Position numbers and translations under genes: made by a program. From NCBI RefSeq assembly GCF_001194135.2, contig NC_068984.1:75952620-76016619 (forward strand): DNA of 64,000 nucleotides. Reading direction: 5' to 3'. This document shows positions 13,001 through 26,182 of this stretch, piece by piece. Source of the stretch: Octopus bimaculoides (lineage: Eukaryota). Each line of letters starts with the position of its first letter. Positions within the stretch are counted from its first letter, which is position 1. A model generated the notes under the pieces. That model did not search any database. It saw only the letters and a list, made by a program, of their open reading frames with translations, and was not told the DNA's origin.

Positions 13001-13582
13001 TAAACTGACCCCAGCAGTGTATTGGTACTTCATGGAAAGAGAAAGTTCTATCTACAGAGGGATCTGAATTCAAAAACTAAAGGGGCATAACTAAATACTA
13101 CAAAGCATTTTGTCTGCTGTACTTCAGATCCTGCTTCATTTCGCAATGAGGATAGCCCAAATTCAATCTCTCTGCATGGCACCTTTGGTGAGTGTCTTCT
13201 GAAATAGCCTTGGCCTGACTCGGATGCCTCTCACATGACCAGAGGCTGTAATTTAAAGAGCCAGCTTTACCTGTCATACATTGCATTACATTGATAATAC
13301 TGGAAGATTGCATTGAGAGTGCAAGTGTCTGTAGATTACTCAGCCACTTGCAATGAGTAGGTAGTCGAACTGACTGAACAACTAGCATGCTCATCTCAGA
13401 AACTGTTGGCGATGCATCAAGCTAAGACTACAGAATAGAAAGCTAGGGCTTAAATTACTGTTTCTCAAGAAGGGGTGCATGCCCTGCCAGTAGGAGGTGG
13501 TGGTAATATTTTGATGGGCCATGAGTCACCTCAGAAATAGTACATAAGTAAATTAACAAGTGAATAAAACCTACAACAAAGT

Positions 13583-13588
13583 TTTAAT
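13583..13588 (-). terminator. Candidate proximal polyadenylation signal (ATTAAA)
   Basis: Minus strand ...gaagttttaATTAAAactttgttgtaggttttattca|cttgttaattt: hexamer, CA about 20 nt downstream, then U-rich sequence. Confidence 0.4.
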
Positions 13589-13606
13589 TAAAACTTCTTT
13601 TGGATA

Positions 13607-13654
<48 letters not shown>

Positions 13655-13816
13655 TCATACTATTTTTGTTCATGATGGGATACATTTTTTCTGAGGGGAT
13701 ATTGAAGTGGCGCATCGGTAAAAAAAAAAAAAGGTTGAGAAACAGTGGCTTAGATCTTAAACGCAAAGATTGTGAGGCTGGTATTGGCAGTGAAAATACT
13801 TTACAAACGTTCTTGC

Positions 13817-14794
13817 NNNNNNNNNNNNNNNNNNNNNNNNNNNNNNNNNNNNNNNNNNNNNNNNNNNNNNNNNNNNNNNNNNNNNNNNNNNNNNNNNNNN
13901 NNNNNNNNNNNNNNNNNNNNNNNNNNNNNNNNNNNNNNNNNNNNNNNNNNNNNNNNNNNNNNNNNNNNNNNNNNNNNNNNNNNNNNNNNNNNNNNNNNNN
14001 NNNNNNNNNNNNNNNNNNNNNNNNNNNNNNNNNNNNNNNNNNNNNNNNNNNNNNNNNNNNNNNNNNNNNNNNNNNNNNNNNNNNNNNNNNNNNNNNNNNN
14101 NNNNNNNNNNNNNNNNNNNNNNNNNNNNNNNNNNNNNNNNNNNNNNNNNNNNNNNNNNNNNNNNNNNNNNNNNNNNNNNNNNNNNNNNNNNNNNNNNNNN
14201 NNNNNNNNNNNNNNNNNNNNNNNNNNNNNNNNNNNNNNNNNNNNNNNNNNNNNNNNNNNNNNNNNNNNNNNNNNNNNNNNNNNNNNNNNNNNNNNNNNNN
14301 NNNNNNNNNNNNNNNNNNNNNNNNNNNNNNNNNNNNNNNNNNNNNNNNNNNNNNNNNNNNNNNNNNNNNNNNNNNNNNNNNNNNNNNNNNNNNNNNNNNN
14401 NNNNNNNNNNNNNNNNNNNNNNNNNNNNNNNNNNNNNNNNNNNNNNNNNNNNNNNNNNNNNNNNNNNNNNNNNNNNNNNNNNNNNNNNNNNNNNNNNNNN
14501 NNNNNNNNNNNNNNNNNNNNNNNNNNNNNNNNNNNNNNNNNNNNNNNNNNNNNNNNNNNNNNNNNNNNNNNNNNNNNNNNNNNNNNNNNNNNNNNNNNNN
14601 NNNNNNNNNNNNNNNNNNNNNNNNNNNNNNNNNNNNNNNNNNNNNNNNNNNNNNNNNNNNNNNNNNNNNNNNNNNNNNNNNNNNNNNNNNNNNNNNNNNN
14701 NNNNNNNNNNNNNNNNNNNNNNNNNNNNNNNNNNNNNNNNNNNNNNNNNNNNNNNNNNNNNNNNNNNNNNNNNNNNNNNNNNNNNNNNNNNNNN
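13817..14794. other. Assembly gap (N run); further gaps at 556-565, 41833-41842, 56739-56909 and 60817-61471
   Basis: Runs of n. The long X-containing ORFs in the track are artefacts of these gaps. Confidence 1.
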
Positions 14795-15082
14795 CAATAT
14801 TATTCCTTGTTTGTTTTTTTTCATTTCTTTTTTTCCCTTTTAAAATCTCACCCCTTTTTTAAATGTTTCTGTTTTTATTTTTTTTTTTCATGGGGAGCTC
14901 TTATAAAAATATTTTACTTTTTTTTTTTGTAATTGTGTGATGCGCAAGAATCATTTCATGAGAACAGGTGTAAAGTCTGTTAAATTATTTAAGTTCTCGT
15001 TCCCCCGTTCCCCTCCCACTACCATATTCGCACCTGCGAAGGATAGAGGCACATTAGGGATTGGATTGGATGGCTCAAATTG

Positions 15083-15114
<32 letters not shown>

Positions 15115-15978
15115 GGCTTTGTCACCTGGTAGATTAATTAAATTGTATGCATGTTTTGTTTTGTTTTGTTTTAATTATGCCAACAAATTCCAACACAACT
15201 TTTTGTTTATCATTAAACATTTTCTCTCTTTCTCTCTCTCTCTCTCTTTTTCTTTCTTTTTTTCTTTTTTTTGGTTTAATTTCTTTCATTCATTTCTGTT
15301 TTCTTGTTTGAAGGAATGGGACAGGAAGAAGTTTTTTTTGAAAGAAACTCTTCCTTTGTCTTCACTGACTGTTGTTGGTTATCCTTACAAGGAACATATG
15401 TCAGACAGTCAGACTTATAGAATTGTATATTTATATTTCCACAGGATCCAGGGGAAGGGTGGCATGGGAAAGGATGAGTTCTCTCTTCAGTTGGAAGTTA
15501 TTTGTAGATACTTAGAAATGGAGAGAAAGAAATGAATGAAGGTAACAGGGATATAAGAAAGGAAAAAGTCACTTTAAAGAGAGACCAGAAAAGAGTATTG
15601 AAGAAAGAAGGGTTAGTGCAGAGAGAGACACAGAGGTAAGTATTAGGAGGAAGGTTAGAATAGGAAAAGCAGGAGACAGTAGAAAAGAGAGAGAAAGAGA
15701 GAAGAGAGGTAGAAAGAGAAAGAGAGAGAGAGATCAGTATGGAGAGGGCAGAAAGGTCAGAATGGCAATGAAGGGGGGAAGAGAGGTCAGTATAGAAAGG
15801 GGTGGGTGGGGAAGAAAAGGAGAAGTACAGAAGGGCAGAGGTCTGTATGGAAAGACAGACACACACACACACATAGAAAGAGAAAGATAGGAGAGGTAGA
15901 GGGTGGAGGTAAGTTAGGACTGCTGTAAAAATATAACAGGGGGGGTTGAGTGAGGGTTTTAAAACCATAGTTGACTGA

Positions 15979-16126
15979 TTATTTTCTGCGATGTTTGCGA
16001 TAGCGGTGCCGACGATAGAATGAGGAATGCAGAGCTGCTGCACTATCCTGAGGTAAGCTTGTCAGTGGAATGACACGTTTGTGCACTTCTTGCACCTGTG
16101 ACTCTGGCACCCAGCAATCAGGGAAT
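15979..16126 (-). CDS. AEBP2: AEBP2/jing orthologue, last coding exon (coding part including TAA)
   Basis: Strong acceptor ttccatttttttcttgcag|A TTC CCT GAT TGC TGG, phase 2 as required. Encodes [48 protein letters not shown], versus human [38 protein letters not shown] (recalled). Stop at 15979-15981. Confidence 0.95.
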
Positions 16127-16478
16127 CTGCAAGAAAAAAATGGAAACAATATTAAGTAAATATATGCAAAAAAAAGAAAAAGAAAAAAACGTGTCCATTA
16201 GATAAATCTGTATTGTTTGATAAAGGAACTCACAATTTAAAAAAAAAACAAATGAATGCTTTTAACAAACAAATAATGTTGAATTTATTCATGGTTATCT
16301 TAGAAATAGGCCATTTGGTTCACCCATTTGACATCTTCAGTATTATCTTTGAAGATGCTGAATTTCTGAAACAAATAGCCTATTTGCAAAATAACAGATG
16401 TATACACACATACATACACATGATCAAATATGCTTATATATGTATTGTATTTATACAGAGAAAGACAGATTTATATAT

Positions 16479-16680
16479 CATCATCCTCCTCATCATTTTA
16501 ACATCCGTGTTCCAGGTTGGCATGTGTTGGATGGAGCTCCAGTGTCTGCTTTGGCATGGTTTCTACAACTGGATGTCCTTCTTAATGCTAACCACTTTCC
16601 AGTATGTACTGGGTGCTTTTCCCAAGCTAGCAGCACTAGCAAGACTATGGACCCTGAGAAGTTAATTTTATGCTAGAAAG
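16479..16680 (-). mobile_element. RTE-type 3'-end retroposon fragment (family B), old
   Basis: (CAT)n tail followed by ttttaacatccgtgttccaggttggcatg...ttctacaactggatgtccttcttaatgctaacca. Confidence 0.7.
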
Positions 16681-17329
16681 TAAGGGGTAATAGGCAGGTG
16701 AAAATGTGGGAGAAGGGGCCAGAGGCCAGAGCAGAACAGGGCAATCTCAGGCAGGTTGGCATCAAAAGGGTTAAAGATACAAGTATATGTAGAACACGTA
16801 TCATTATAATTGAATGACTAGATCTGTTGAATAAAATGGAATTTTGAGTGTGAATGAGTGAGGAGGCATGCAAGTGATACTATGTATATGAATGACTATG
16901 TAAAAGTTGCAGTGGGGGATGGGGAAAGAAAATAAACTGAGGGAACCTGTGTGGTTGTTCAATTTGTTAGAAGTAGCAGTCAAATCTTGCTTAATGTCTT
17001 AAAAAGCAAAGGACAAGTTGCATAGTGTACTCCTATTGACTGACGAGAAAAGTAGAGACTATAGTTGTGGTTGGAGTGCCTTGTTAAAATGTCTGCTCAA
17101 TCCAGGCTAACCTTGGAGTGAAAATTAAAACAATAAATTAATAAACAGGATGCCATATAATTTCTCAGGTCGTTAAATAAGAACCAAGAGATGAGAAGTA
17201 GTTGGGGTGAGATTGGATCTCAAGATGCTGAATTTTGCAAATGAGATGATACAAACTGAGAGGTGCGGCAACATGTCATAAAACTGATGTCAGTATGAAA
17301 AATACAAACATTGAGGGGGGGGGGACCCC

Positions 17330-17525
17330 AACAACAACCACCAATGGAGCCTCTATGCAGTTGCTTGACTTGTTGGAACAGCAACCAAAACCCCCTTACA
17401 ACCTAGTCTTAAAAACAAGGGCACATAGATGTAGTCTTTGACACATTATGTCTGTGAAAAGATGAAAAACATCTATGATCGTAAATCTACCTGATTAAGG
17501 CTGACCTAGAGCTAACCAACAATAA
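17330..17525 (+). repeat. Abundant dispersed repeat family D; related copies near 25170, 25360, 40490, 42165, 44320, 45700, 54290, 57200 and 57410
   Basis: Recurrent motif ttgacctgctagaaatagcagccaaatctccctcaaatcacacc...ggctgacctggggttaaacaacaac with an (AAC)n tail; probably a SINE or LINE 3' end. Confidence 0.7.
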
Positions 17526-17754
17526 CAAGGGTTAACTACTGGATGATGTGATAATGAAATTGTAGCTATTGATAATACAGTAGCCTTCAAATATCTCCCA
17601 ATCCCAAGCAGTCTCCAAGACATTCTACCCTATATTCATTACAACCAAAGTGGAGAATTGCATCTAATCAGTTGTAAAGAAACCTTGCAAAAGCAACTTA
17701 TGAGAAATGCTAGCACTGAACAATGTTTGCTGTTCACATATATGTGAGAGCAAC

Positions 17755-18060
17755 ATCCTAACCTATTGCTTCGATTGTTGTGCTCACAATCATAAGATTG
17801 TGATTTCGATTCCCAAGCAAGGAATCAAAACCACTAATACTGTATTGTGTTCTTGAACAAAACACTTCATTTCACATTGCTCCAGTCCATTCAGCTGTAA
17901 ATAGTTAACTGTATGCCAAACTGGCATCTCATCCAGGGGAAAGTTAGCCCTCCTACTTGGCCAGCAGGGTAGCATCATTCAAAAGCTAAAACAATGCAAG
18001 GTAGCACATTGTGATCAGTAGTGTATAATAACATCCAATAGTCTGGTTGTTACAGTGATA
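17755..18060 (+). mobile_element. tRNA-derived SINE with a V-domain-like centre
   Basis: B-box-like atttcgattccc, CORE-like tgttcttgaacaaaacacttcattt, and aactggcatctcatccagggg resembling the V-SINE motif GACTGGCGxCCxGTCCAGGG (recalled). Confidence 0.45.
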
Positions 18061-19289
18061 TAATACATAAACACATATCACTAGTCATTGCTAGAGGTAT
18101 GTTGATTGAGAATTTTTACTTTGGGGACATGGCCAGAAATACTGGAAAAGGATAGAGTGGATTATAAATGACAACTGTATATTACAAGTACTTTTAGGTT
18201 TCATGAAATCCAGACAGGTTTCATGAAACAAAGCTTTGTTTAAAAATCATTGCTTAGCCGAAAAAGAAAGCCGGCATCAATGACTCTTATAGGGCTTCCA
18301 AGACTGATGGGAGGGAAACAGGAAGAAAACACGAGTCATCAGTTGATTATAAAGTAAATGCATCAAGAAACTGAGTTAAGCCCAAACTGGAGACTTGGTC
18401 TTTGTGCTTCCAACAAAGGGACTAAAGGGACACAAGGTCAAGGAAGTGTTATTAAACCATAAGACAAGATTAAGCATGATTAAGAAAAAAAGACATGACT
18501 AAATTTGAGATACTGGACCACCCAAAATAAAAAAATGAAGCTAGATTTGGAAGAAGATGAAGACAAAAAAAAAAAAAGTTTTCAGAAAATTAAGACTTAT
18601 TTACTACTCCACTACGTTCCAATTTCTAGTCATCACTATCATCATTAGATGCTTTATTCTCTGTGAGTTAAACTTAGAACTTATATTCCTAAGAGTAACA
18701 ATATTCTTTTCCACTAGACTAAAGATGTATATACATGTGTTGGTGGCCTAGTGAATAAGATTATTACTATTAATAGATTAATACTCTTTGTGCTAAACAA
18801 AATTATAAACTCAACTCAGACAAAAAAAAAAAAATCTAAACAAATCTAGTATATCAAAGCCATGGAAAACTTGGGCCCTTTCAATACATTCTGCTTACAG
18901 GGAAATTTATGTTATATTGTATAACTACAATATAACTAGTATTTAAACAGTGAATGTAAGATGAAATAAAATCATTGAAAACTACATAAAGTAAGGCAAC
19001 TGCACCTGGCATCACTAAGAAACCTTGTCAGGTGTTTTAAGTGTCAGGTGAGTGAGGAAACAAGTTCCCTTTGATTTTTTGAGATTGTTTAATATCTGTT
19101 AATAAAAGTGCAGTTCCATATGACTACACCTCATTAACAATCAAGAGGTCACTCTTACTTTAGTTTTCAAAGTTGATTGATTGCCTAAAAAAAAAAACAT
19201 AAAAGAAAAATCAGCAAAAGCCAGTGAGGAAGCCTCTTTATGGTTACTTGACTTGCTAAAAATAACAAGCAATTTCCTTCAAAACACAA

Positions 19290-19632
19290 GTTACCATTTA
19301 AAGGAAGTGGCACGTAAATAGCACCATTTGAGCGTGATCGTTACCAGTGTCGCCTTCCTGGCATGTGAAAAGACATTCAAGCGAGATCGTTGCCAGTGCC
19401 GCTGGACTGGATCCTGTGCAGGTGGCACGTAAAATACACCATTTTGAGCGTGGCTGTTGCCAGTACCGCTTGAATGGCCTTTGTGCCTGGCGTTAGGAAG
19501 GGCATCCAGCTGTAGAAACTCTGACAAATCAGATTGGAGCCTGGTGTAGCCATTTGGTTCACCAGTCCTCAGTCAAATCGTCCAACCCATGCTAGCATGG
19601 AAAGCGGATGTTAAATGATGATGATGATGATG
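19290..19632 (+). mobile_element. RTE-type 3'-end retroposon (family B), young copy
   Basis: Internal subrepeats, then ggcgttaggaagggcatccagctgtagaaac...catgctagcatggaaagcggatgttaaa(tga)n. CpG retained; very similar to 47474-47815 and 61472-61723. Confidence 0.85.
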
Positions 19633-20344
19633 ATTGGACATCATAGATAAACAAATGAAAAAATTTTGAGACAGTTGCAACTTTCTCATCAAGGGTTTGT
19701 TTTGCTTGACCATGTCTGACTTGGACAGAAACACTAAAAATAACAAGCAATATACAAAACAACTGCACCTAGATCATGATTTACAAAACAATTTTTGTAA
19801 CTGAAGCTATTACTAGCAAAAATTCTGATCTTGATGCGATTCTGGAGTATACCACTGAAATTTTCACAATTTCTTCATCAATGCAACTGATTGTGGCAGA
19901 AATAAACTGTCAGTTTCCTCCAAGCCAAAAAGATTACATTACTTCAGTAACTCTTTCTGAACATCAAACCATCTATCTATGACCCGAGAATTAGATCATA
20001 TCTTTTAGAGGTTTTATTTTGGCCTTTCACTCTTGGCACGAGATAGTATGGAAAGATTTTCAGGGCAGATGTTTTACAGCCAAATACAATCCTGCTGTCA
20101 ACATTTTAGTTGCCTCTTCTGAAACGTAACTAAAGAGACACGATGTACCCATTCTGCTTATTTTGTTGCTGTCAATATCATGTTAATTTTAGCAGAGTTT
20201 TTACAGTTGGATATCACCTTACTATGTGAACTAGGTGCATTTTATCATGCCAACAGCACTGGAGATCATCACTGACAAAATTAAAGAGTGTCTCTACCTA
20301 CATTGCCTCTGGTCATTCTTTCCTTTACAACATGATTTTTAGAG

Positions 20345-20505
20345 CTGGTATGACTTGTGTGGTTAAGAAATTTGCTTCATAACCATGTTGTTTCAGGTTC
20401 AGTCTCACTGTATGACACCTCGGGCAAGTGTCTCCTATTATAGCCTCAGTTCAACCAAAGCCTTGTAAATATATTTGGGGAGATGGAAACTGAAAGTCTG
20501 TCAGA
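20345..20505 (+). mobile_element. CORE-like SINE family A fragment
   Basis: tgtgtggttaagaaatttgcttc...acacctcgggcaagtgtctcctattatagcctc. Confidence 0.7.
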
Positions 20506-20513
20506 TATGTGTT

Positions 20514-20700
20514 ATCATCATCATCATCTTTTAATGCTCATCTTCTATGCTGGCATGGGTTGAATGGTTTAATGGAATCCAAAGGGTTGGAAGACTGCAT
20601 CATGCTCTGTCTGCTTTGGCATGATTTCTGTGGTTGGATATCTTTGCTAAAACAAACCATTTTAACAGAGTTTACTGGGTTCTTTTTCATTGCACTAGTA
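20514..20700 (-). mobile_element. Family B fragment, old
   Basis: (CAT)n followed by ttttaatgctcatcttctatgctggcatgggttg. Confidence 0.65.
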
Positions 20701-22656
20701 GTAGCACATGTAACTTAAAATATCTTTTCAATTGAATGAGGCTACAGTAGAAATGAATCCAAATTTACATGAAGTGTTGACAGAGTATGAAAGAAGAGGC
20801 TAGAACAGGTTGTTTGCTGTGGAGAAGAGATATAGCTGCTCACATTTTACAAGAGTGGGTAGCAGTAGTGAATGTGTGGAGCTGGAAAGTGAAATTAAGA
20901 TAGCTGTGATGTGTGAGGATGGGTTCTGGAGGAAGAGGAACAGGAAGGGGGGATGTTACTCTGCAAAATTTGGATTTGTCCTTGTTCAAAAACTATCATA
21001 GTCTATTTCCTATTTAAATCCAACATGCACCTACAGAATGTGTGCACATGAGCACGTATGTGTGTGTTTGTGCCTCCTTGTCCATGCAAACATGGAATAG
21101 TGGATGTTAAAATGATGATGATGAAGAAAATTAAGATGATGATGATGCTCTTCCTATCGTCTATTATTTTACACTGTTTTAATTACTAATTCAGAGTTAT
21201 TGCTTAATCTAAATGGTTTGCCCTCTGAGGATTGCATTTAGTAAAGAACCCTTTTCATATAAAACTACCCAGCTTCCTATATAGTTACTTTCACTATTTG
21301 ACTATTTGGTGTCTTTGGTTATTCTTGCTAGAAGTTGAGGACACATGGACATAAATAACATGATCTCTTATGGAAAGAAAGAGCAGAGAAAACTTTATAG
21401 TGGTGGACCAAAGCTGTCTCCATGGCATTTAAGGGGTGGGTATTTAGCTCCAAAAGGTAGTATCATGATGGTGCTTATCCTCTGGAATCAGGATAGGTGG
21501 GGTTGAGAGAATGTGAGCCAAAAGGGTACTAAAAGAATGGAAAAAACAAGAGATAGGATTGATCTAAAGCAAAAATTTAAATCATATTAAGTTTAAAATG
21601 TTTGCTTTTAAGTTTTCACTGCTGTTTTTGAGATTCAAGTTTAAGTCATCATTTTTAAATAAATCATCTGAAAAATTCAATCAACTACCAGAATAACTAC
21701 CTTAAATTATAAGTGACATGGCCTGTAATATCTGATGGAAAGATCAAAAGAAGATTTCACCCATAAATTATGATTTCACAAATTACGTTCATACTAATTT
21801 TGTAAATTAATTGTTTAATTAGTATTTTCTCAGGTTTCACTACACGTGTGCACACACATACTAAAAGAGAGAGGCAAATAGTAGCACAGAAAGACAAACA
21901 TGTACACACACATTACAACAAACTATACCGAATCAATGAAATAAAGCAGTTATGTTGAAAAGTTAGTTTGACATCCTAAGAGGAGATGAATTAATTCTGA
22001 ACACACAACTAATTAGGAATAAAATATTGCAATTAATTGCTTGGATATAAGGGACAAAAGCAACTGGTGTGTTTTTATATGAGACAAGGAAAACTAGCAT
22101 GTATTGATAAAACTGTGTAACACAATTTTTGTACTTGGGTAGCAACTGTTATTTATTTGCTTACCCCTAGAAAGCATGAAACATGATTAATATTTCCTTC
22201 AAACTTTACATTTGTTATATTTATTCAAACTCCATAGAATCCTTCTCAACAGATGGCTATGATGCTCCCCAATTACTCCTACTCATCACCAAAGATGCAC
22301 ACATTTGTTAGCCACTAAGGGACATGCTCAAGTGGTTAAGGTCAAGCAACTGACAAGCAGATCCGTGGTATTGAGCAGAATATTTGCTATAATGATATGT
22401 CTGCTTCAACTCAGCATTGAATCTGTCTGAAATGTAATGGAAAATAGGTCAGTTTCCAAACATTGATGTCCACGTCACAAGAGTAAAGTTTGAAGGGAAT
22501 AGTAGTCATTTCCTTTGATTTCGAGATAGAAAGCAAATTGGAAATAGCACTTACTGACCAAAGACAAAATGAAATTTAAAAAAAAAAAAAAGTTACACAG
22601 TGTAATTAGGCTAAGGACTATTTGTGGGTTTTGGTATATAGAACAAGAATACTTAC

Positions 22657-22724
22657 ATGTTCTCAGGTGTCCAGTGTAATAAAACTTTTATTTTTCCAGA
22701 GTCTTCTCTTCTTCTTGCAATCAC
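22657..22724 (-). CDS. AEBP2: AEBP2/jing orthologue, internal coding exon (68 nt)
   Basis: Minus strand: gttatatatttag|GTG ATT GCA AGA...CCT GAG AAC AT|gtaagt. Encodes [22 protein letters not shown](I), versus human [23 protein letters not shown] (recalled). Phase 0 start, phase 2 end. Confidence 0.96.
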
Positions 22725-23035
22725 CTAAATATATAACAATATTTATTAGTGTTTGTGAGTGGTGTGTATGCATGTGTGTGCACAACATGCACACACTATC
22801 ATCTTAAGGGGGTGTTCGTACTCTGAAAATGTCAAACATGTTTCAGCTACCTTGGGCCTTGTCAGTAATATGCACTCACTAGTCACATGTCTGGATGAAA
22901 TTTGATCTCTCCAATACAATGAAATATATATCGATTGATATTACAGAAAGCCAGCAGGAATGAATAAAACTCACTGCATACAAATGAAACAGCATGAAAT
23001 TAAAATAGCCATTTGTGTATCATACTTAATGTATA

Positions 23036-23906
23036 CGAGGGGGCACACAAAAGTAACCAGAAAAATTCTCTGTGGGACAAGCCTGTTGTTCTGGAAGCCA
23101 CTTCAAGCATCAGTCTGCAAACCGGCACTCTCCACTAAGTTCATACTGCTATGTGGTGTGTCTTTGTTTTGCAGTGCTTCTTCTCTGTCTCACTGATTTT
23201 TGTGATGGCTGAAATGAAGGAATAGTGTGCTTCCATGATCTTCTGTTTTCTGCTGGGGTAAACAGCAGCTCAAATAGTTGTCATGCTTCAAACTGCTTAC
23301 AAGACTGTACTGTGATCAAAACAAGTTTATGAGTGGTCTTCACAATGTAAGAATGGTCACTTGTTGCATGAGGATCAACCTTGTTCGAGGTGAGCGTTGA
23401 CCTCCTGAACGAATGAAAATTCATGAACTGATCTTGGAGGACTGTTACCAAATAGTTGATGAACTTGTTGATATGACTGGTGTGTCCTGGGGCTCCTGCC
23501 AACAAATTTTGAGCAAGAAATTGTGAATGAAAAGAGTTGCAGTGAAATTTGTGTCTTGCTTGCTCACGGAAGATCAAAAGCAGTCACAACTGAATGCATG
23601 TTGTGAACTGAAAGAACAGTCGCAAGTTGATCCAGACCTTATTTTCAAAGGTCATCACTGATGATGAAATCTGGTGCTATAAAATTTGCAGATGTGGGAG
23701 AAGTGAAGAAAAAACTCAACAGAGGTTTTAAAAGGCATCACTTTTGTAAGAGTTCCAGCGCTGCTTCCAACAGTAGAAAACGGGTCTGGACCAATGCATT
23801 GCTTTAAATGGAGAATACTTTGAAGGCGATAAAAGTGTAAACATGTAAAACCAAAGTGAATAAAATAATATTGCAAAATTCCAGTTTCTTTTGGGTACCC
23901 ACTTGT
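23036..23906 (+). mobile_element. Mariner copy 2 (same family as 7358-8475), larger internal deletion
   Basis: TA+cgagggggcacacaaaagtaacc left end and gtttcttttgggtaccc right end. Body collinear with copy 1 until cactgatgatgaaatctggtgctat, then jumps to aaaatttgcagatgtg. Confidence 0.88.
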
Positions 23907-24189
23907 GTGTGTATATATATATATATGTATAATAATAGTAATATTAGGGATAAAATCCAAAATTACAGGTAAAAACTCAATTAAAATCAATTTATTAAAA
24001 ATTAAAATTAAATTAAGTTTCACAGTATAAAATATATATAAGTATATAGTATTAGGGAAAAGAACCAAGGTTTATGAACTCATCGATGAAAATCCACTGT
24101 CACATATAAAAAAAATTTATAATTAAAAGTACAATAAATAAGTATAATATAATACAAAGTAAATATCATAAGATCAAGATAATACTATA

Positions 24190-24296
<107 letters not shown>

Positions 24297-26149
24297 ACTG
24301 ATGAAAGATAGTGTGTTGCGGCTTTCGTCTGAGAGAAAATCTCTTTATAATCATCTTTAAAAGCATAATATGTCTGGCATTCTCATAGATCGCTGCTGAG
24401 TCAATGTTTGTCTCACATGATGTACATTGTATTTTTAACATTTTTAACACAGCATAAAACATCAAAGAATATATATATGCACAGTAACTAAGAGCCCAAT
24501 TAATAGGTGTTAACACGTAGTAAATCCAGAGGAGGAAGTTTGCATGAATACATATATCCAGCTTGTACAGTTAAGCGCAATGAATATTTTGAATAAAAGG
24601 CAGAAAAATGTATATTTTAGATAAATCACAATTACTTTCACCAACTGTTTTATTAGGGGTATCTATCACATATATATAAATGTGTGTGTGACTGTGTCAA
24701 TTCACACTCCATATCTTTGCCTGAAACTGAGTAAAAACAAAGACATTATGTTATGTTGATATTTCTTAATAATGAATCATAAGTACAGACCTTTCAAGGA
24801 TGAGAAAGAAAAAAAAAAAACCCCTTTACATGAAAAAACAAGAAAGGGTTAGTGACAGGATTGGTATCCAACTATAAGTATTTGTGCAACCCATGCTAGC
24901 ATGGTAAAAGTAATGGTAAAAAAAAAGAATGAATGAATAAATGTTCCACATTATAAAGCTTAATAATGAAAAAGTATTCTTGAGTTCCTTTAAATCATTT
25001 ATTATTCTCTAACTAATTGAAACAGTGTAAAATTCACTAGAAATGAATTCAGCAAAAAATCTTTGAAATACAGTAAAATTATTAACAATCATAAACCGAC
25101 AATCATTGCAGCTGAGTCAGAAAATACATTCACCATTACAATCAACAACTATGAACTCCAGTTAATGAGGGAGCCTTTCATATTACTTTGTGACCTGCTA
25201 GAAGTCACAACTAAATGTTCCTCAAATCACACCCTAGTATTTTAGAGGGGCTGGAGAATACAGGAAAATGTGGTTTGGGGAGAACCATGCTTCGAATACC
25301 TTCAGTTGTAGGTATACACAATTAGGGCTGTCTTGGGGCTTAACAACAACAAACTGGGGGCCAATGAAAGAGCCTTTACTTGGTTGCTTGAGCTACTAGA
25401 AATAACATCTAAATCTCCCTTCAATCACATGCTACTGCTTTAAAAATAGGAAGAACACACTGAATTATGTTGTTAGAGATCAACTATGCTTGGAAAAGCT
25501 GGGATAGCTAAAATACTTTAGATCATAGAGCTAATTTGTCAAGGTTGACCAAGAGTAAAGCATCTGTCAATAGTGTACTAGTAATGTAATATGGTCCCAG
25601 TTGTCAAGATTCTGAATACCATGCAAAAGGTGGCAGAAGTAAGAAGAATCTGGTGGACAGACATTGGCTCCTGGATTTTCAGACCGAAAGACAGGAAATT
25701 CATTCAGTGAGTCCAACCTAGATGACAGTTTTTGATTTTCAATTTACACACTAGTTCACAGGATAATCACACTGGCCTTTTGAATGTATGAATAAACAAC
25801 CATATAGCACAAAATATCACACTGAAGCACACAAGAATTAAGTTAGTACAGGTCAATTATGTCATAACAACAGGATTCAGGTAGAGAAAGAGTATATAGG
25901 AAGACACTGACAGATATTGCTGAAAATACTATGCCTGCTTGCAATAACATTTTTGTTGTGTGAAAATAAAGGTAGACAAAATAGCAAAAACAAGGCCTCT
26001 TGCCTGTCAGGAACCCCCTCCCCCGTATTTGTCACCACATACAGAGATAATTCAAAGTATTTGGCACCAACTGACTTTGAAAAGATATAGTTCATAGAAC
26101 AATATTTTTATTGTCATTTCTTCAGTGTATTTTATGTATTTTCACCAAG

Positions 26150-26182
<33 letters not shown>

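Larger units (their letters stand above)
13560..15978 (-). other. AEBP2: Putative AEBP2 3' UTR (spans an assembly gap)
   Basis: Follows the stop codon. No recognisable dispersed repeat between 13560 and 15978, whereas repeats resume below about 13500. The distal end is inferred from the ATTAAA at 13583-13588. Confidence 0.5.

Noticed and set aside
13600-14932. Long ORFs of 355-420 aa (also 56646-56996 and 60755-61655)
   Set aside because: They consist mostly of X from N gaps, flanked by microsatellite or repeat translation.
22805-23030. Possible TTAA-GG (Kolobok-like) element next to the 68-nt exon
   Set aside because: Only a left-end-like sequence is present; no matching right TIR was found.
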